From: an uncultured delta proteobacterium
Lineage (GTDB): Bacteria > Myxococcota > Myxococcia > Myxococcales > Myxococcaceae
Reading direction: 5' to 3'
Length of the DNA stretch: 64,000 nt
Assembly: GCA_963713045.1 (NCBI GenBank)
Contig: CAVQKE010000003.1
Span: 480,001-544,000 of the forward strand
In this document: one piece after another, positions 11,801 to 21,654 of the stretch
Layout of the letters: every line of letters starts with the position of its first letter
How positions within the stretch are numbered: position 1 is the first letter of the stretch
Program-made: the position numbers and the translations under genes
The notes under the pieces: generated by a model
What the model was told of the DNA's origin: nothing
What the model saw: only the letters and a program-made list of their open reading frames with translations
The model's database searches: none

Positions 11801-13352
11801 CATCTACTCCATCGAGGACTTGGCGCAGCTCATCTACGACTTGCAGTCGGTGAACCCGGCAGCGCGGGTGAGCGTCAAGCTGGTGAGCGAGGTGGGCGTG
11901 GGAACGGTGGCCGCCGGGGTGGCCAAGGCGGGGGCTGGCTGCGTGGTGATTTCCGGCTACGAGGGCGGCACCGGGGCCTCCCCCCTGTCGAGCATCAAAT
12001 ACGCCGGGCTGCCCTGGGAGCTGGGGCTGGCCGAGACCCAGCAGGTGTTGGTCCAAAATCAAATGCGGGACCGCATCCGGGTCCAGGTGGACGGCGGCCT
12101 GCGGACTGGGCGCGACGTGGTGGTGGCGGCCCTGCTGGGTGGCGAGGAGTTCGGCATGGCCACCGCGTCGCTGGTGGCGCTGGGCTGCATCATGCTCCGC
12201 AAGTGTCACCTCAACACCTGCTCGGTCGGCATCGCCACCCAGGACCCGGAGCTGCGCAAGCATTTCTCCGGCTCCCCGGAAGGCGTCGTTCACTTCTTCT
12301 TCTTTGTGGCCGAGGAGGTGCGGGGCCTCCTGGCCAGCCTGGGAGCCCGGACACTGGACGAAGTCGTTGGCCGGGTGGACCTGCTTCGGGCGCGGACGGA
12401 CTTGCAACACTGGAAGGCGCGGGCCCTGGACCTCTCAGCGCTTCTCGCCTCGCCCCGGGCTGCACCGGCCGTTCCCCGGCGGTGCGTCACCGTGCAGCGC
12501 AAGGACATTTCGGACCACCTGGACCACGAGCTTTTGCGCCGTACCCGCAGCACCATTGATGGGGGCCCGCCCACCATGGTGGTGCTCCCGGTGCGCAACG
12601 CGCACCGAGCGGTGGGGGCCATGCTGAGCGGGGAGATTGCCCAGCGCCGGGGAGCCAGCGGCTTGCATGACGACAGCATCCGCGTGCGGCTCCGGGGCTC
12701 CGCTGGCCAAAGTCTTGGCGCCTTCCTGGCCACTGGCCTCACGCTGGAATTGGAGGGAGACGCCAACGACTACGCCGGCAAAGGGCTGTCTGGCGGCCGC
12801 ATCATCGTTCGGCCTCCGGCCTCCAGCCGCTTTGCCCCCGAGGAGAATGTGGCGGTGGGTAATACCGTCCTCTACGGAGCAACCTCGGGCGAGCTTTACG
12901 TCTCCGGCCTGGCCGGGGAGCGCTTCGCCGTGCGCAACAGCGGTGCCACGGCGGTGGTGGAAGGCGTGGGGGACCACTGCTGTGAGTACATGACCGGGGG
13001 CGTGGTGGTGGTCCTCGGCGCCACGGGGCGCAACTTCGCCGCCGGGATGAGCGGGGGCTTGGCTTTCGTCCTGGACCGCGAGCGGCGCTTTCGAGCCCGG
13101 TGCAACACGGCGATGGTGGAGCTCGAGTCCTTGGTGGACGAGTCGGACATTTGGCTCGTCTACGGGCTTGTCGAAAACCATCTTCGCCACACTGGAAGTC
13201 CGCTTGCCCGCAGGGTGCTGGACAATTGGCAGCATCTGGTTCCGCACTTCGTGAAGGTGCTGCCCACCGACTACAAGGCCGTCTTGCAAACTCGACGGGC
13301 CGCGATGCGTCCGCCGCCGGCGCCCGCGCGGCTGCGCGCGGTGGAGGGCTGA
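8808..13352 (+). CDS. gltB: Glutamate synthase large subunit
   Basis: EHDACGVGF (Ntn Cys), HSRFSTNT, IAQGAKPGEGGQLPG, 3Fe-4S CxxxxxCHLNTC, GXGXG C-terminal domain; 1514 aa. Confidence 0.98.
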   Translation: MPLLPKHGLYEPSTEHDACGVGFVVHIRGEKSRSIVEDALGILDRLSHRAACGADPETADGAGILLQLPHRFFKREGLRLGFDMPRRRCYGVGQVFLPQDPVARAACEAVFDEVTEEEHQRVLGWRDVPIDESQMGWLARESVPVLRQIYIARRRVVPSAFERKLYVIRKLVENRVRERGLDPEGRFHIVSLSAETIVYKGLLLPTRLQRFYRDLQDPDMVSALALVHSRFSTNTFPTWELAQPFRLIAHNGEINTVRGNRNWLAARRSQLQSAKFFGSVDRLFPIVSEDASDSAQFDSMLELLSMGGRSLPQAMMLMIPEAWENDQGMDDGRRAYYEYSSALLEPWDGPAAIAFTDGTRIGATLDRNGLRPARWMETDDDRVILASETGVLEVPPERVRRKGRLQPGRMFLVDTEEGRIVEDDELKRDITTRWPYRRWLEKNVFTFDELPAVPAPQPLQGEQLGRLQRAFGYTDEDVRLLLQPMAQDGHEPVGSMGNDTPLAVLSDQAPNLFRYFHQLFAQVTNPPIDPIRESLVMTLATATGPDGNTLDETPEQCHRLTLPGPILTNGEMARLAAIKSQGMFQPHTLSLLYPADGGSAALQEAVDRLTRQAAEALDEGCSILILSDRGVDARSVAIPVLLALSAVHQRLVRDGVRMQTGLLVETAETREVHHFALLFGYGAAAVNPYLAFDTVRDQAVNGEVTLDAPAAEARYRQAISEGLLKVMSKMGISTLQSYRGAQIFEAVGLDQALVDRHFTGTPSRLGGIGLAELGREALERHARGFGPMPADSLVLPVGGYYQWRRRGEQHRWNPTTLALLQAAVRSGDSDAYAQYSRAADDESASAATLRGLLTFATERCTPVPLAEVEPASEVVRRFVTGAMSFGSISAEAHETLAIAMNRIGGRSNSGEGGEEARRYVPDTNGDLRRSAIKQVASARFGVTAEYLVNADELQIKIAQGAKPGEGGQLPGHKVDERIAKVRWSTPGVTLISPPPHHDIYSIEDLAQLIYDLQSVNPAARVSVKLVSEVGVGTVAAGVAKAGAGCVVISGYEGGTGASPLSSIKYAGLPWELGLAETQQVLVQNQMRDRIRVQVDGGLRTGRDVVVAALLGGEEFGMATASLVALGCIMLRKCHLNTCSVGIATQDPELRKHFSGSPEGVVHFFFFVAEEVRGLLASLGARTLDEVVGRVDLLRARTDLQHWKARALDLSALLASPRAAPAVPRRCVTVQRKDISDHLDHELLRRTRSTIDGGPPTMVVLPVRNAHRAVGAMLSGEIAQRRGASGLHDDSIRVRLRGSAGQSLGAFLATGLTLELEGDANDYAGKGLSGGRIIVRPPASSRFAPEENVAVGNTVLYGATSGELYVSGLAGERFAVRNSGATAVVEGVGDHCCEYMTGGVVVVLGATGRNFAAGMSGGLAFVLDRERRFRARCNTAMVELESLVDESDIWLVYGLVENHLRHTGSPLARRVLDNWQHLVPHFVKVLPTDYKAVLQTRRAAMRPPPAPARLRAVEG

Positions 13353-13358
13353 AGCCGC

Positions 13359-14828
13359 TTGGGTAAGGTGACTGGTTTCATGGAATGGCGTCGCGCGGCA
13401 CCGGACAAGCGGGCCAAGTCCGAGCGACTCCACGACTGGACCGAATTCACCGAAGCCCTCAGCGAGGAGGGGGCGCGGCGGCAAGCCGGTCGCTGCATGG
13501 ACTGCGGCGTGCCTTTCTGCCACCAGGGGTGTCCGCTCGGAAACCTGATTCCGGAATTCAACGAGCACGTCTTCAAGAACCACTGGCAGGCCGCTTTCCT
13601 CGCGCTCGACAGCACCAACAACTTCCCGGAGTTCACTGGGCGTCTGTGCCCCGCTCCCTGCGAAGCGGCCTGCGTGTTGGCCATCGACCAGGACGCGGTC
13701 ACCATCGAGACATTGGAAAAGGAGATTGCGGAGCGTGCTTTCCAAGAGGGTTGGGTGCGCCCCCACCTGCCGGCATTCCGGACCGGCAAGCGGGTGGCGG
13801 TGGTGGGAAGCGGCCCGGCGGGGCTGGCCGCTGCCGCGCAGCTCAACCACTCAGGCCACACCGTCACCGTCTATGAGCGCGCGCCGTCACTGGGGGGCCT
13901 ACTCCGCTACGGCATCCCGGATTTCAAGCTCGAGAAGTGGGTCATCGACCGACGGCTCGCAGTGCTGGAGGAGGAGGGCGTGCTCTTCCGCACCGGCGTC
14001 GACGTGGGGCGAGAGCCCACCTTCGACGCCCTTCGGGCTGGCCACGACGCGCTGGTGCTGGCGGTCGGCGCGCAGCGGCCACGGGAGTTGGAGGTGCCTG
14101 GGCGAGAGCTGCGGGGCGTGGTGTTGGCCATGGACTTTCTCGAGGCACAAAACCGGCGGCTGGCCGGCCAGCTTGTCCCGGTGGACGCGCCCTCGGCGCG
14201 CGGCAAGCGCGTCATCATTCTCGGCGGCGGCGACACCGGCTCGGACTGTCTTGGCACCGCACTCCGGCAACAGGCATCGAACGCGCAGCAAATTGAGCTG
14301 CTGCCGATGCCTCCGCGCGAGCGTGCCGCCAACAACCCTTGGCCGCAGTGGCCGCTCATTTTCCGGACATCGTCGAGTCAAGAAGAGGGAGGCGAGCGAG
14401 CCTTTGGGCTTTTGACCCAACGACTCACCGGCGTGGAGGGCCAGCTTGCCGCTCTTCACGCGGTGCAGGTCGAGCTGACCTACGGCCCAGGCGGCGCTCC
14501 GTCCTTCCGCGAAATTCCCGGAAGCGAGGTGGTTTACCCAGTGGAGATGGTGGTGCTGGCAATGGGCTTCCTCGGGCCAGAGACGACTCCGCTGACGCAG
14601 CAGCTCGGCCTTGAGCTCGACGCCCGCGGCAACATCCGCGTCGACAGCCGCTTCGCCACCTCGGCAGCTGGCGTCTTCGCCGCAGGCGACGCCAGCCGTG
14701 GTGCCAGTCTCATTGTCTGGGCGATTTCGGACGGCCGCGAGGCGGCACGCAGCGTCGACGCATGGCTAACCGGGCAACCCTCTCGGCTGCCCACCCGTGG
14801 CGTACATCAGCCCTTCACCGCCCGGTAG
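13359..14828 (+). CDS. gltD: Glutamate synthase small subunit
   Basis: MGKVTGF, RCMDCGVPFC, GRLCPAPCE, GSGPAGL, GGGDTGSDC. Confidence 0.98.
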   Translation: MGKVTGFMEWRRAAPDKRAKSERLHDWTEFTEALSEEGARRQAGRCMDCGVPFCHQGCPLGNLIPEFNEHVFKNHWQAAFLALDSTNNFPEFTGRLCPAPCEAACVLAIDQDAVTIETLEKEIAERAFQEGWVRPHLPAFRTGKRVAVVGSGPAGLAAAAQLNHSGHTVTVYERAPSLGGLLRYGIPDFKLEKWVIDRRLAVLEEEGVLFRTGVDVGREPTFDALRAGHDALVLAVGAQRPRELEVPGRELRGVVLAMDFLEAQNRRLAGQLVPVDAPSARGKRVIILGGGDTGSDCLGTALRQQASNAQQIELLPMPPRERAANNPWPQWPLIFRTSSSQEEGGERAFGLLTQRLTGVEGQLAALHAVQVELTYGPGGAPSFREIPGSEVVYPVEMVVLAMGFLGPETTPLTQQLGLELDARGNIRVDSRFATSAAGVFAAGDASRGASLIVWAISDGREAARSVDAWLTGQPSRLPTRGVHQPFTAR

Positions 14829-14873
14829 CGTTGCCGAGAGCCGCCCCTCGCCGGGGAATGTGCTCAACTTCCG

Positions 14874-15827
14874 ATGGAGATGGACGCGAACGCCCGAGCG
14901 GCGGCGAAGATGAGGACGTCACCGGCCCTGGTGGTGCACGGCGGGGCGTGGAGCATCCCGGCCGACCGGCGCGAGGCGCACCGGGCCGGTTGCGCAGCGG
15001 CCGCCGAGCGGGGGCGGGACATTCTTCTGCGCGGCGCCTCTGCCTTGGACGCCGTTGAGGCAGCCATTCGTGTCATGGAGGATGACCCAACCTTCGACGC
15101 CGGGACGGGTGCGGTGCTGGTGGCCGACGGCTCGGTGGAGCTCGACGCCGGGATGATGGACGGCACCTCGCTCAAGGTGGGTGCGGTGGCCGTGGTGAAG
15201 CACTTCACAAACCCCATTTCCATCGCCCGCCGCGTCCTCGAGGCGAGCGAGCACCACTTCCTGGTGGGCGAAGGGGCCGAGGCCTTCGCCCGGGCAGAGG
15301 GTTTCTCCCCGGTGGACAACCGTTCGCTCGTCGTCCCTCGGGAGCAGGCGTTGTACGAGGAGTTTCGTTCAGGCCGGCGGAAGGCGTCGGACAGCTTTGG
15401 CCCAGCGGACACGGTGGGCGCCGTGGCCCTGGACGCCAATGGCCGCATCGCCGCCGGAAACAGCACTGGCGGCGTCTCCTTCAGCCTGCCCGGCCGGGTG
15501 GGCGACGCTCCCTTGCCGGGAATTGGCTACGCTGCCGATGACCGCCTTGGGGGAGTCGCCTGCACCGGTTGGGGCGAACACATCCTCCGGGTGGGCATGG
15601 CCATGCGCGCCCTGCAGGGCCTCGAGCGCGGGCTCGGCGCACCGGAGGCTGCCCGAGCCGCAGTGGCCCTCCTTTCGGAGCGGGTGCGCGGCATTGGCGG
15701 CCTGGTGGTGCTGGACCGCTCAGGCCAGGTGGGCATTGCGCACAGCACGCCCTGCCTTGCGCATGCCTACTGGACGGCGCGCGCACATCAGGTGGTGAGC
15801 GGCACCGCAGTCGATGCCCGGGACTAG
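14874..15827 (+). CDS. iaaA: Isoaspartyl peptidase / L-asparaginase (Ntn hydrolase); start could be 14910
   Basis: VVHGGAW, ELDAGMMDG, autocleavage DTVGAVALD, STGG, GRVGDAP, TGWGE. Confidence 0.9.
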   Translation: MEMDANARAAAKMRTSPALVVHGGAWSIPADRREAHRAGCAAAAERGRDILLRGASALDAVEAAIRVMEDDPTFDAGTGAVLVADGSVELDAGMMDGTSLKVGAVAVVKHFTNPISIARRVLEASEHHFLVGEGAEAFARAEGFSPVDNRSLVVPREQALYEEFRSGRRKASDSFGPADTVGAVALDANGRIAAGNSTGGVSFSLPGRVGDAPLPGIGYAADDRLGGVACTGWGEHILRVGMAMRALQGLERGLGAPEAARAAVALLSERVRGIGGLVVLDRSGQVGIAHSTPCLAHAYWTARAHQVVSGTAVDARD

Positions 15828-15839
15828 GGCGGCCTCCCG

Positions 15840-16799
15840 TCAGGCGCGGGTGCGCGACGGCGGCACGCCGGTCTTGTCCGGGCCGGCGGCACTGGGGTCA
15901 ACCGCCTGCATGGACTCGAGCGCGTCGGCGACGGCGGAAATCTCATCTCCCAGCTGCTCTACCCCGGCCTTCAGCTGTGTCGCCGAGGGGTCCGCGCCAG
16001 CCGAGGAACGCACCGCCAGCACCTGGGTGTAGAGGTTTTCCAGGGTGTACCCCAACCGCACCCGCTCGGCCTCCAGGCGGGCGCCTTGCGTCCGCAGCGT
16101 CTCGCGGTGCTGCAGCTGGGCGTCTAGGGCGTTGAGGGCGCCCTCCCAGCGCTCGCGCGTCAAGGCGTCGGTCGCCGCATCCCGGCGGGCGACGACGTCC
16201 ACCCGCTCGCGTTGCAGTCGCTCGCCATCGTCACGAGTCACCAGCGCGCGCAACTCTGCTTCGCGCTTGGCCAGCTCATGAATGGTGTCCCGCAGCCCCC
16301 GCACCGACCCCTCAGGGTTACGCACCACCTCCCGCAGCACGGCCGGTCCCTTGCGAATCTCCTCGAGGAGCTTCTCGCACAGGGCGTCCACCCGGGCCAA
16401 GTTGGCTGGGTCTTGTGCGGGCTGCGGAACCGGCGTGGCCACGCCGTCGACGTCGTCTGCTTTTCGCCCGCCGCTGAAGAGCAAGCTGACACCCGGGAAG
16501 CACAACCCGAAGGCCACCCACAGCATCCAGAAAGGGCCGCCGTCGAAGACGAGATAGGTGAGGATGGCAGCCATTCCAAGGAAGACGAGCCCGCGGGCTC
16601 GCGAGCCGCCCCCGCGGCGCGCGCGTCGCTGGGCGCGCAATGCCCGCCGTTGCTCGCGCCAGGCATCCTTCCATTGCCGCGGGTCGCGGTCCCAGACCTC
16701 CCGCATTCGGGGCTCTGCTCCACCGTACCAGGCCTGGTCCATGGCCCGTCGCATCCGGGCCACGCTTTCATCCAGGGAGTCTCGACGCTCGTCGACCAC
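15840..16799 (-). CDS. Hypothetical membrane protein (2 TM + coiled coil)
   Basis: GGAGG RBS before GTG at 16799; two hydrophobic helices followed by a long helical, charged C-terminus. Confidence 0.7.
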   Translation of the reverse strand: MVDERRDSLDESVARMRRAMDQAWYGGAEPRMREVWDRDPRQWKDAWREQRRALRAQRRARRGGGSRARGLVFLGMAAILTYLVFDGGPFWMLWVAFGLCFPGVSLLFSGGRKADDVDGVATPVPQPAQDPANLARVDALCEKLLEEIRKGPAVLREVVRNPEGSVRGLRDTIHELAKREAELRALVTRDDGERLQRERVDVVARRDAATDALTRERWEGALNALDAQLQHRETLRTQGARLEAERVRLGYTLENLYTQVLAVRSSAGADPSATQLKAGVEQLGDEISAVADALESMQAVDPSAAGPDKTGVPPSRTRA

Positions 16800-16853
16800 G
16801 CAGGTGCCTCCAATGAAGAAGGACTCAGTCTTAACGCGCACCCGGCCCTGCCG

Positions 16854-18347
16854 TCACACCCGCCAGCCCACACGGCGCGCCCACGCCTCGAAGTCCGCGA
16901 AGTGCCTCTGTGGGTCGGCCGGCGGGGCCTCCCCTTCCCCTCCGCCCTGGTGAAGCAAGACGGCCAGTGGCGGAAGGCCAAGCGTGGCGCGGCGCGCGTC
17001 GACCTGTTCCGGTGTCTCCAGTGGCCCGGGCGTCAGCCGCCCCTGGCCGTCCCAGCCAACGGCGGTCCCGTAGCGCTGCGGGCGGCCCTCGAAGTAACAA
17101 ATGCGGTCCGCCAACATGGCCGGCTGCAGCGCCGGCACTTCCCCGGCCGCGGCCGCCGCCTCCAGCAAGGGCAAGCAGCGTCGCTGGAGGGCAGGCTCGG
17201 CAATGGCGTGTTGGACAACTCGCCAGGCCGCCTCCGCGCCGTCCTCGCCGGCCAGCGTCCGGCCCGGCCAACCGTAGACGTCGAGCAGGTGCGCAAGGCG
17301 GCCGGCATTGCGCCTGTGGAGGGCTTCCATCTCCGGAGCGTCGCCGGGGGATAGCCGGCCCTCCTCGGCCAGAAGCCGCCGCACCCGCTCGTCGTCTGCG
17401 GCCAGTGCCAGCAACTCGAGGCGGAGTGCCTCCCCTGGCGGCGGGGCCAGCTTCCAGCGACGGTGAAGCCAAAGCCACTGGTCCGGAGCGCCCCGGATTT
17501 GGCGCTCCAGGGCCTCGGTCAGGGTGGCGGTGTGTGCCCACAAGTCGCGCGCACGGTTGCCAGTGGACGGCACTGGGAAGGGACCCTCCACCTTCACGTG
17601 CAGCACGCCCCCCACCCGCCTCGCCAGCACCACCAGAACCGGTGCGCCGGACAGCATCGCCGCCGTGCTGAGGAGGGGAGTCGTCGCCGCCGGCCGCCCA
17701 AAAAAGGGCACGAAGAGGGCGTGCTTTCCGCCGATGGCCTGGTCAAACAGGACCGCCACCGCTTGGTTGCGTCGCAGCTGGGCCAGTGTGCCGCGCAGCG
17801 CATTGTGCGGTGAGATGAGACGCATGCCGGCGCGCACCCGGCCTGCCACCACTTCGGCGTTGAAGGCCCCCTTGAGTGGCCGCACGACGGCGTGCAGGGG
17901 AATGCCCTGGCGGGTGAGACCCTCACCCAAGAGCTCCCAGTTTCCGAAATGGCCGGTCGCTAGAAGCACGCCACGACCGCCCTGCAGCGCACCCTCGATG
18001 GCCAGGCTTTCCTCGCGGAGGACGTTGCTGGCCAACGCCTCGGAGGACAGGTCTTGGGAGAGGGCCGCGTCGAGAGCCGCGGTGGCCATGTGCTGGTAGG
18101 TCCGGCCCGCGACGCGGCGCCGCTCAGTTGCATTCCAGCTGGGAAAGGCCCAGCCCAGTTGCTCCAGCGTCAGCCTGCGACGCAGGCCCAAGGAAAAAAT
18201 CACGCGGCCCACCGTTCGCGCCAAGGCCTCGCGCAGCCCAGCCGGCACCACCCGCAGCACCGCGAGGAACAGGCGGACGACCGCCCGTCCGAGAGCCGAG
18301 GCTGGAACTTCCTCTGGAGAGGACACCGTGAGGGAAAGCAGTAGCAT
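16854..18347 (-). CDS. Lipid A/lysophospholipid acyltransferase (LpxL/HtrB family) fused to a C-terminal DUF6624-like domain
   Basis: TGHFGNWE, FDQ, VPFFGRPA and PDQWLWLHRRWK, then in frame GWPGRTLAGEDGAEAAWRVVQHA...DR...GRPQRYGT. Start uncertain. Confidence 0.8.
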   Translation of the reverse strand: MLLLSLTVSSPEEVPASALGRAVVRLFLAVLRVVPAGLREALARTVGRVIFSLGLRRRLTLEQLGWAFPSWNATERRRVAGRTYQHMATAALDAALSQDLSSEALASNVLREESLAIEGALQGGRGVLLATGHFGNWELLGEGLTRQGIPLHAVVRPLKGAFNAEVVAGRVRAGMRLISPHNALRGTLAQLRRNQAVAVLFDQAIGGKHALFVPFFGRPAATTPLLSTAAMLSGAPVLVVLARRVGGVLHVKVEGPFPVPSTGNRARDLWAHTATLTEALERQIRGAPDQWLWLHRRWKLAPPPGEALRLELLALAADDERVRRLLAEEGRLSPGDAPEMEALHRRNAGRLAHLLDVYGWPGRTLAGEDGAEAAWRVVQHAIAEPALQRRCLPLLEAAAAAGEVPALQPAMLADRICYFEGRPQRYGTAVGWDGQGRLTPGPLETPEQVDARRATLGLPPLAVLLHQGGGEGEAPPADPQRHFADFEAWARRVGWRV

Positions 18348-18481
18348 GGCTTTCCCCGTGTTGGGCCCGCTACGCCCCCTGGAATGGCGGCCGCCTGAAG
18401 GAGTTTCAACCCCTTGGCCCCTCCCGGCTTTGCGCCAGGGCGGGCAGCCGTGGGCCGAACGGCTTACAATGCCGCTTGGGC

Positions 18482-19339
18482 ATGACGGTGGAATCGACCA
18501 ATCGAGAGACGAGAGCTTCCGAGCCGCACACCGGCGAAGAGGACTTGGTGAAGCTGGACCAGAACCATCCCGGCTTTCGGGACCCGGTGTACCGGCAGCG
18601 GCGCAACGCCATCGCGCAGCGCGCGCTGCGGTGGCACGTGGGAGACCCGATGCCGGAAGTCGAGTACAGCTCCCAGGAGCATGCGGTGTGGGAGACGGTG
18701 TGGCAGCACTTGGCTCCGCTGCATGACCGCTTCGGTTCCCGCGAGTACCGCTCCTGCTCGGCACTGTTTGCCTTCCCGCGCACCCGCATCCCGCAATTGC
18801 GTGAGGTGAACGTCAAACTGACGCCGAAGACGGGGTTCACCATGGTGCCGGTGGCCGGCCTGGTGGCCTCCCGGGCCTTTCTGGGAAACCTCAAGTCGGA
18901 CCAATTTCTGGCCACCCAGTACATTCGCCACCACACGGTGCCGCTGTACACGCCCGAGCCGGACGTGGTGCACGAGATGGTGGGCCACGCAGCGACACTG
19001 GCCGACCCGGGCTTCGCCGACATCAATCGCGCCTTTGGGCGGGCGGCGGAGCGCGTTACCGACGACATCCTGAAGCAGATTGAACGCGTCTACTGGTACA
19101 CCTTGGAATTCGGTGCCGCCTATGAGGACGGCAAGCTCAAGGCGTATGGGGCCGGGCTGTTGTCCTCCTTCGGCGAGTTGGAGCGTTTCAGCCGGGAGGC
19201 CCAGCTGGTTCCCCTCAACTTCGAGCTGATGGCGGCCCGGCCCTACGACCCCACCGTTTACCAAGACGTCATCTTCGTCGCCCCCTCCTTCAGCGAGGCG
19301 GTGCAGCGCACCACCGCCTGGCTCGACGGCCTTCGCTGA
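18482..19339 (+). CDS. phhA: Phenylalanine 4-monooxygenase
   Basis: HPGFRDPVYRQRR, TQYIRH, YTPEPDVVHEMVGH, YWYTLEFG, KAYGAGLLSS. Confidence 0.95.
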   Translation: MTVESTNRETRASEPHTGEEDLVKLDQNHPGFRDPVYRQRRNAIAQRALRWHVGDPMPEVEYSSQEHAVWETVWQHLAPLHDRFGSREYRSCSALFAFPRTRIPQLREVNVKLTPKTGFTMVPVAGLVASRAFLGNLKSDQFLATQYIRHHTVPLYTPEPDVVHEMVGHAATLADPGFADINRAFGRAAERVTDDILKQIERVYWYTLEFGAAYEDGKLKAYGAGLLSSFGELERFSREAQLVPLNFELMAARPYDPTVYQDVIFVAPSFSEAVQRTTAWLDGLR

Positions 19340-19516
19340 GGGCCCCGTCCGGGGGCCGGCGCTCTAACTTGCGCCTTTGCTGCACTGCATTAGGTTGGTT
19401 AACCAAATCTGGGGCCGGCGGGGGCCCCTCTGGCAATCCACGGAGTTGTCGAGTACAGGGCCGCGGCCCACCACGCGGCCCACCACGCTGAAGCCTTGTA
19501 AGGAAGCACACGAATC

Positions 19517-21622
19517 ATGGCGTCCTCTTTTCCCATCGAACGCGTCCGGAACATCGGCATCTCGGCCCACATCGACTCGGGCAAGACCACCCTCACCGAG
19601 CGCATCCTCTATTACACCGGCCGCATCCACGAGATTCATGAGGTGCGTGGCAAGGATGGCGTCGGGGCCAAGATGGACTCGATGGACCTGGAGCGTGAGA
19701 AGGGCATCACCATCCAGTCAGCAGCCACCTACTGCGTCTGGAAAGACACCAACATCAACATCATCGACACGCCGGGGCATGTCGACTTCACCATCGAGGT
19801 GGAGCGCGCGCTTCGGGTGCTGGACGGTGCCATCCTCGTCCTCTGCTCGGTGTCCGGCGTGCAGAGCCAGTCCATCACCGTCGACCGGCAGATGCGCCGC
19901 TACAAGGTGCCGCGGCTGGCCTTCGTCAACAAGATGGACCGGGCCGGGGCGAACTATGCCCGCGTCGGAGCGCAGCTGGGCGAGAAGTTGGGACACCACC
20001 AGGTGATGATGCAGGTGCCCATCGGCGCCGAGGACCGCTTCATCGGCATCATCGACCCCATCGTCGGGAAGGCCTACTACTTCGACGGCGAGAACGGCGA
20101 ACACGTCCGGGAAGAGGAAGTCCCAGCGGAGTACGCCGAGGCAACAAAGCAGGCCCGCCATGACATCATCGAAGGCGTCGCCAATGTCGACGACCTCCTG
20201 GCAGAGAAGTTTGTCCACGACCAGCCCATTTCCAGCGAAGAGCTGAAGGCCGCGGTGCGCCGCGCCACCATCGCGCTCAAGATGACGCCGGTCTTCTGTG
20301 GTTCGGCCTACAAGAACAAGGGCGTTCAGCTGCTGCTCGACGCGGTGTCCGACTACCTCCCCAACCCGAAGGAAGTGGTCAACGAGGCCCTCGACCAGAA
20401 GAACAACGAGGCCAAGGTGGTCCTGTCTTCGGACCCGGAAAAGCCCTTCGTGGGGTTGGCTTTCAAGCTGGAGGACGGCCGCTACGGACAGCTGACGTAC
20501 CTGCGCATTTACCAGGGGCACGTCTCCAAGGGCGACTTCATCTACAACCAGAGCAACCAGCGCAAGGTGAAGGTGCCGCGAATTGTGCGGATGCATGCCA
20601 ACGAGATGAACGACGTGGAGGAAGCCTACGGAGGCGACATCGTCGCCCTGTTCGGCGTTGAATGCGCCTCGGGCGACACCTTCACCGACGGCACGGTGAA
20701 CTACACCATGACGTCGATGTTCGTCCCGGACGCGGTGATTTCGCTGGCCGTTGCTCCGAAAGAACGTGCCGGCCAGGCCAACTTCTCCAAGGCGCTCAAC
20801 CGCTTCACCAAGGAAGACCCGACCTTCCGCGTGCACCGCGATGAGGAGTCAGCCCAGACCATCATCAGCGGCATGGGTGAGCTGCACCTGGAAATCTACA
20901 TCGAGCGGATGAAGCGCGAGTACGGCTGCGAAGTGGTGGCCGGCAAGCCGCAGGTGGCCTACCGGGAGACCATCACCCAGCGCGGCGATTTCGCCTACAC
21001 CCACAAGAAGCAGACCGGCGGCTCGGGTCAGTTCGGCCGCGTCTGCGGGTACCTCGAACCGCTTCCCCCGGACGCCGTGCAGCGCGACGAATTCGTCGAC
21101 GACATCACCGGCGGCGCCATTCCGCGGGAATTCATTCCCGCGGTGGAGAAGGGCTTCCGCGAGGCGCTGAAGAAAGGAAGCCTGATTGGCTTCCCGGTCA
21201 CCGGTGTGCGCTACGTCATCAACGACGGCGCCTCACACGCGGTGGACTCTTCGGAGCAGGCCTTCAAGACGGCGGCGTTGATGGCCTTCCGCGAAGGCTA
21301 TGAGGCCGCCAAGCCGGTCATCCTCGAGCCCATCATGAAGGTGGAGGTGCAAGCCCCCGAAGACTTCCAGGGTTCGGTGGTGGGGCAACTCAACCAGCGT
21401 CGGGGCACCATCCTCAGCACCGAGAACCGCGAGGGGTACGTGGTGGCGGTGGCCGAGGTTCCACTCAACGCAATGTTTGGTTACAGCACCGACCTCCGCT
21501 CAGCCACGCAAGGAAAGGGCGAATTCACCATGGAATTTGCCCGCTACTCCCCAGTGCCGCGCGCCGAGCAAGAGGCGATGATGAAGGCCTACCGCGAGAA
21601 GCTGCTGGCCGAGCGCAAATAG
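19517..21622 (+). CDS. fusA: Elongation factor G (stand-alone, spd/mitochondrial EF-G1-like)
   Basis: [48 protein letters not shown]; no rpsL/rpsG/tuf adjacent. Confidence 0.97.
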   Translation: MASSFPIERVRNIGISAHIDSGKTTLTERILYYTGRIHEIHEVRGKDGVGAKMDSMDLEREKGITIQSAATYCVWKDTNINIIDTPGHVDFTIEVERALRVLDGAILVLCSVSGVQSQSITVDRQMRRYKVPRLAFVNKMDRAGANYARVGAQLGEKLGHHQVMMQVPIGAEDRFIGIIDPIVGKAYYFDGENGEHVREEEVPAEYAEATKQARHDIIEGVANVDDLLAEKFVHDQPISSEELKAAVRRATIALKMTPVFCGSAYKNKGVQLLLDAVSDYLPNPKEVVNEALDQKNNEAKVVLSSDPEKPFVGLAFKLEDGRYGQLTYLRIYQGHVSKGDFIYNQSNQRKVKVPRIVRMHANEMNDVEEAYGGDIVALFGVECASGDTFTDGTVNYTMTSMFVPDAVISLAVAPKERAGQANFSKALNRFTKEDPTFRVHRDEESAQTIISGMGELHLEIYIERMKREYGCEVVAGKPQVAYRETITQRGDFAYTHKKQTGGSGQFGRVCGYLEPLPPDAVQRDEFVDDITGGAIPREFIPAVEKGFREALKKGSLIGFPVTGVRYVINDGASHAVDSSEQAFKTAALMAFREGYEAAKPVILEPIMKVEVQAPEDFQGSVVGQLNQRRGTILSTENREGYVVAVAEVPLNAMFGYSTDLRSATQGKGEFTMEFARYSPVPRAEQEAMMKAYREKLLAERK

Positions 21623-21654
21623 GCTCGCCCGCGGTGGGGGCGCCGCCCCAGACT

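Noticed and set aside
19341..19357. GGCCCC/GGGGCC hairpin after phhA as a terminator
   Set aside because: Only a 6-bp stem without a U-tract in GC-rich DNA; insufficient support.
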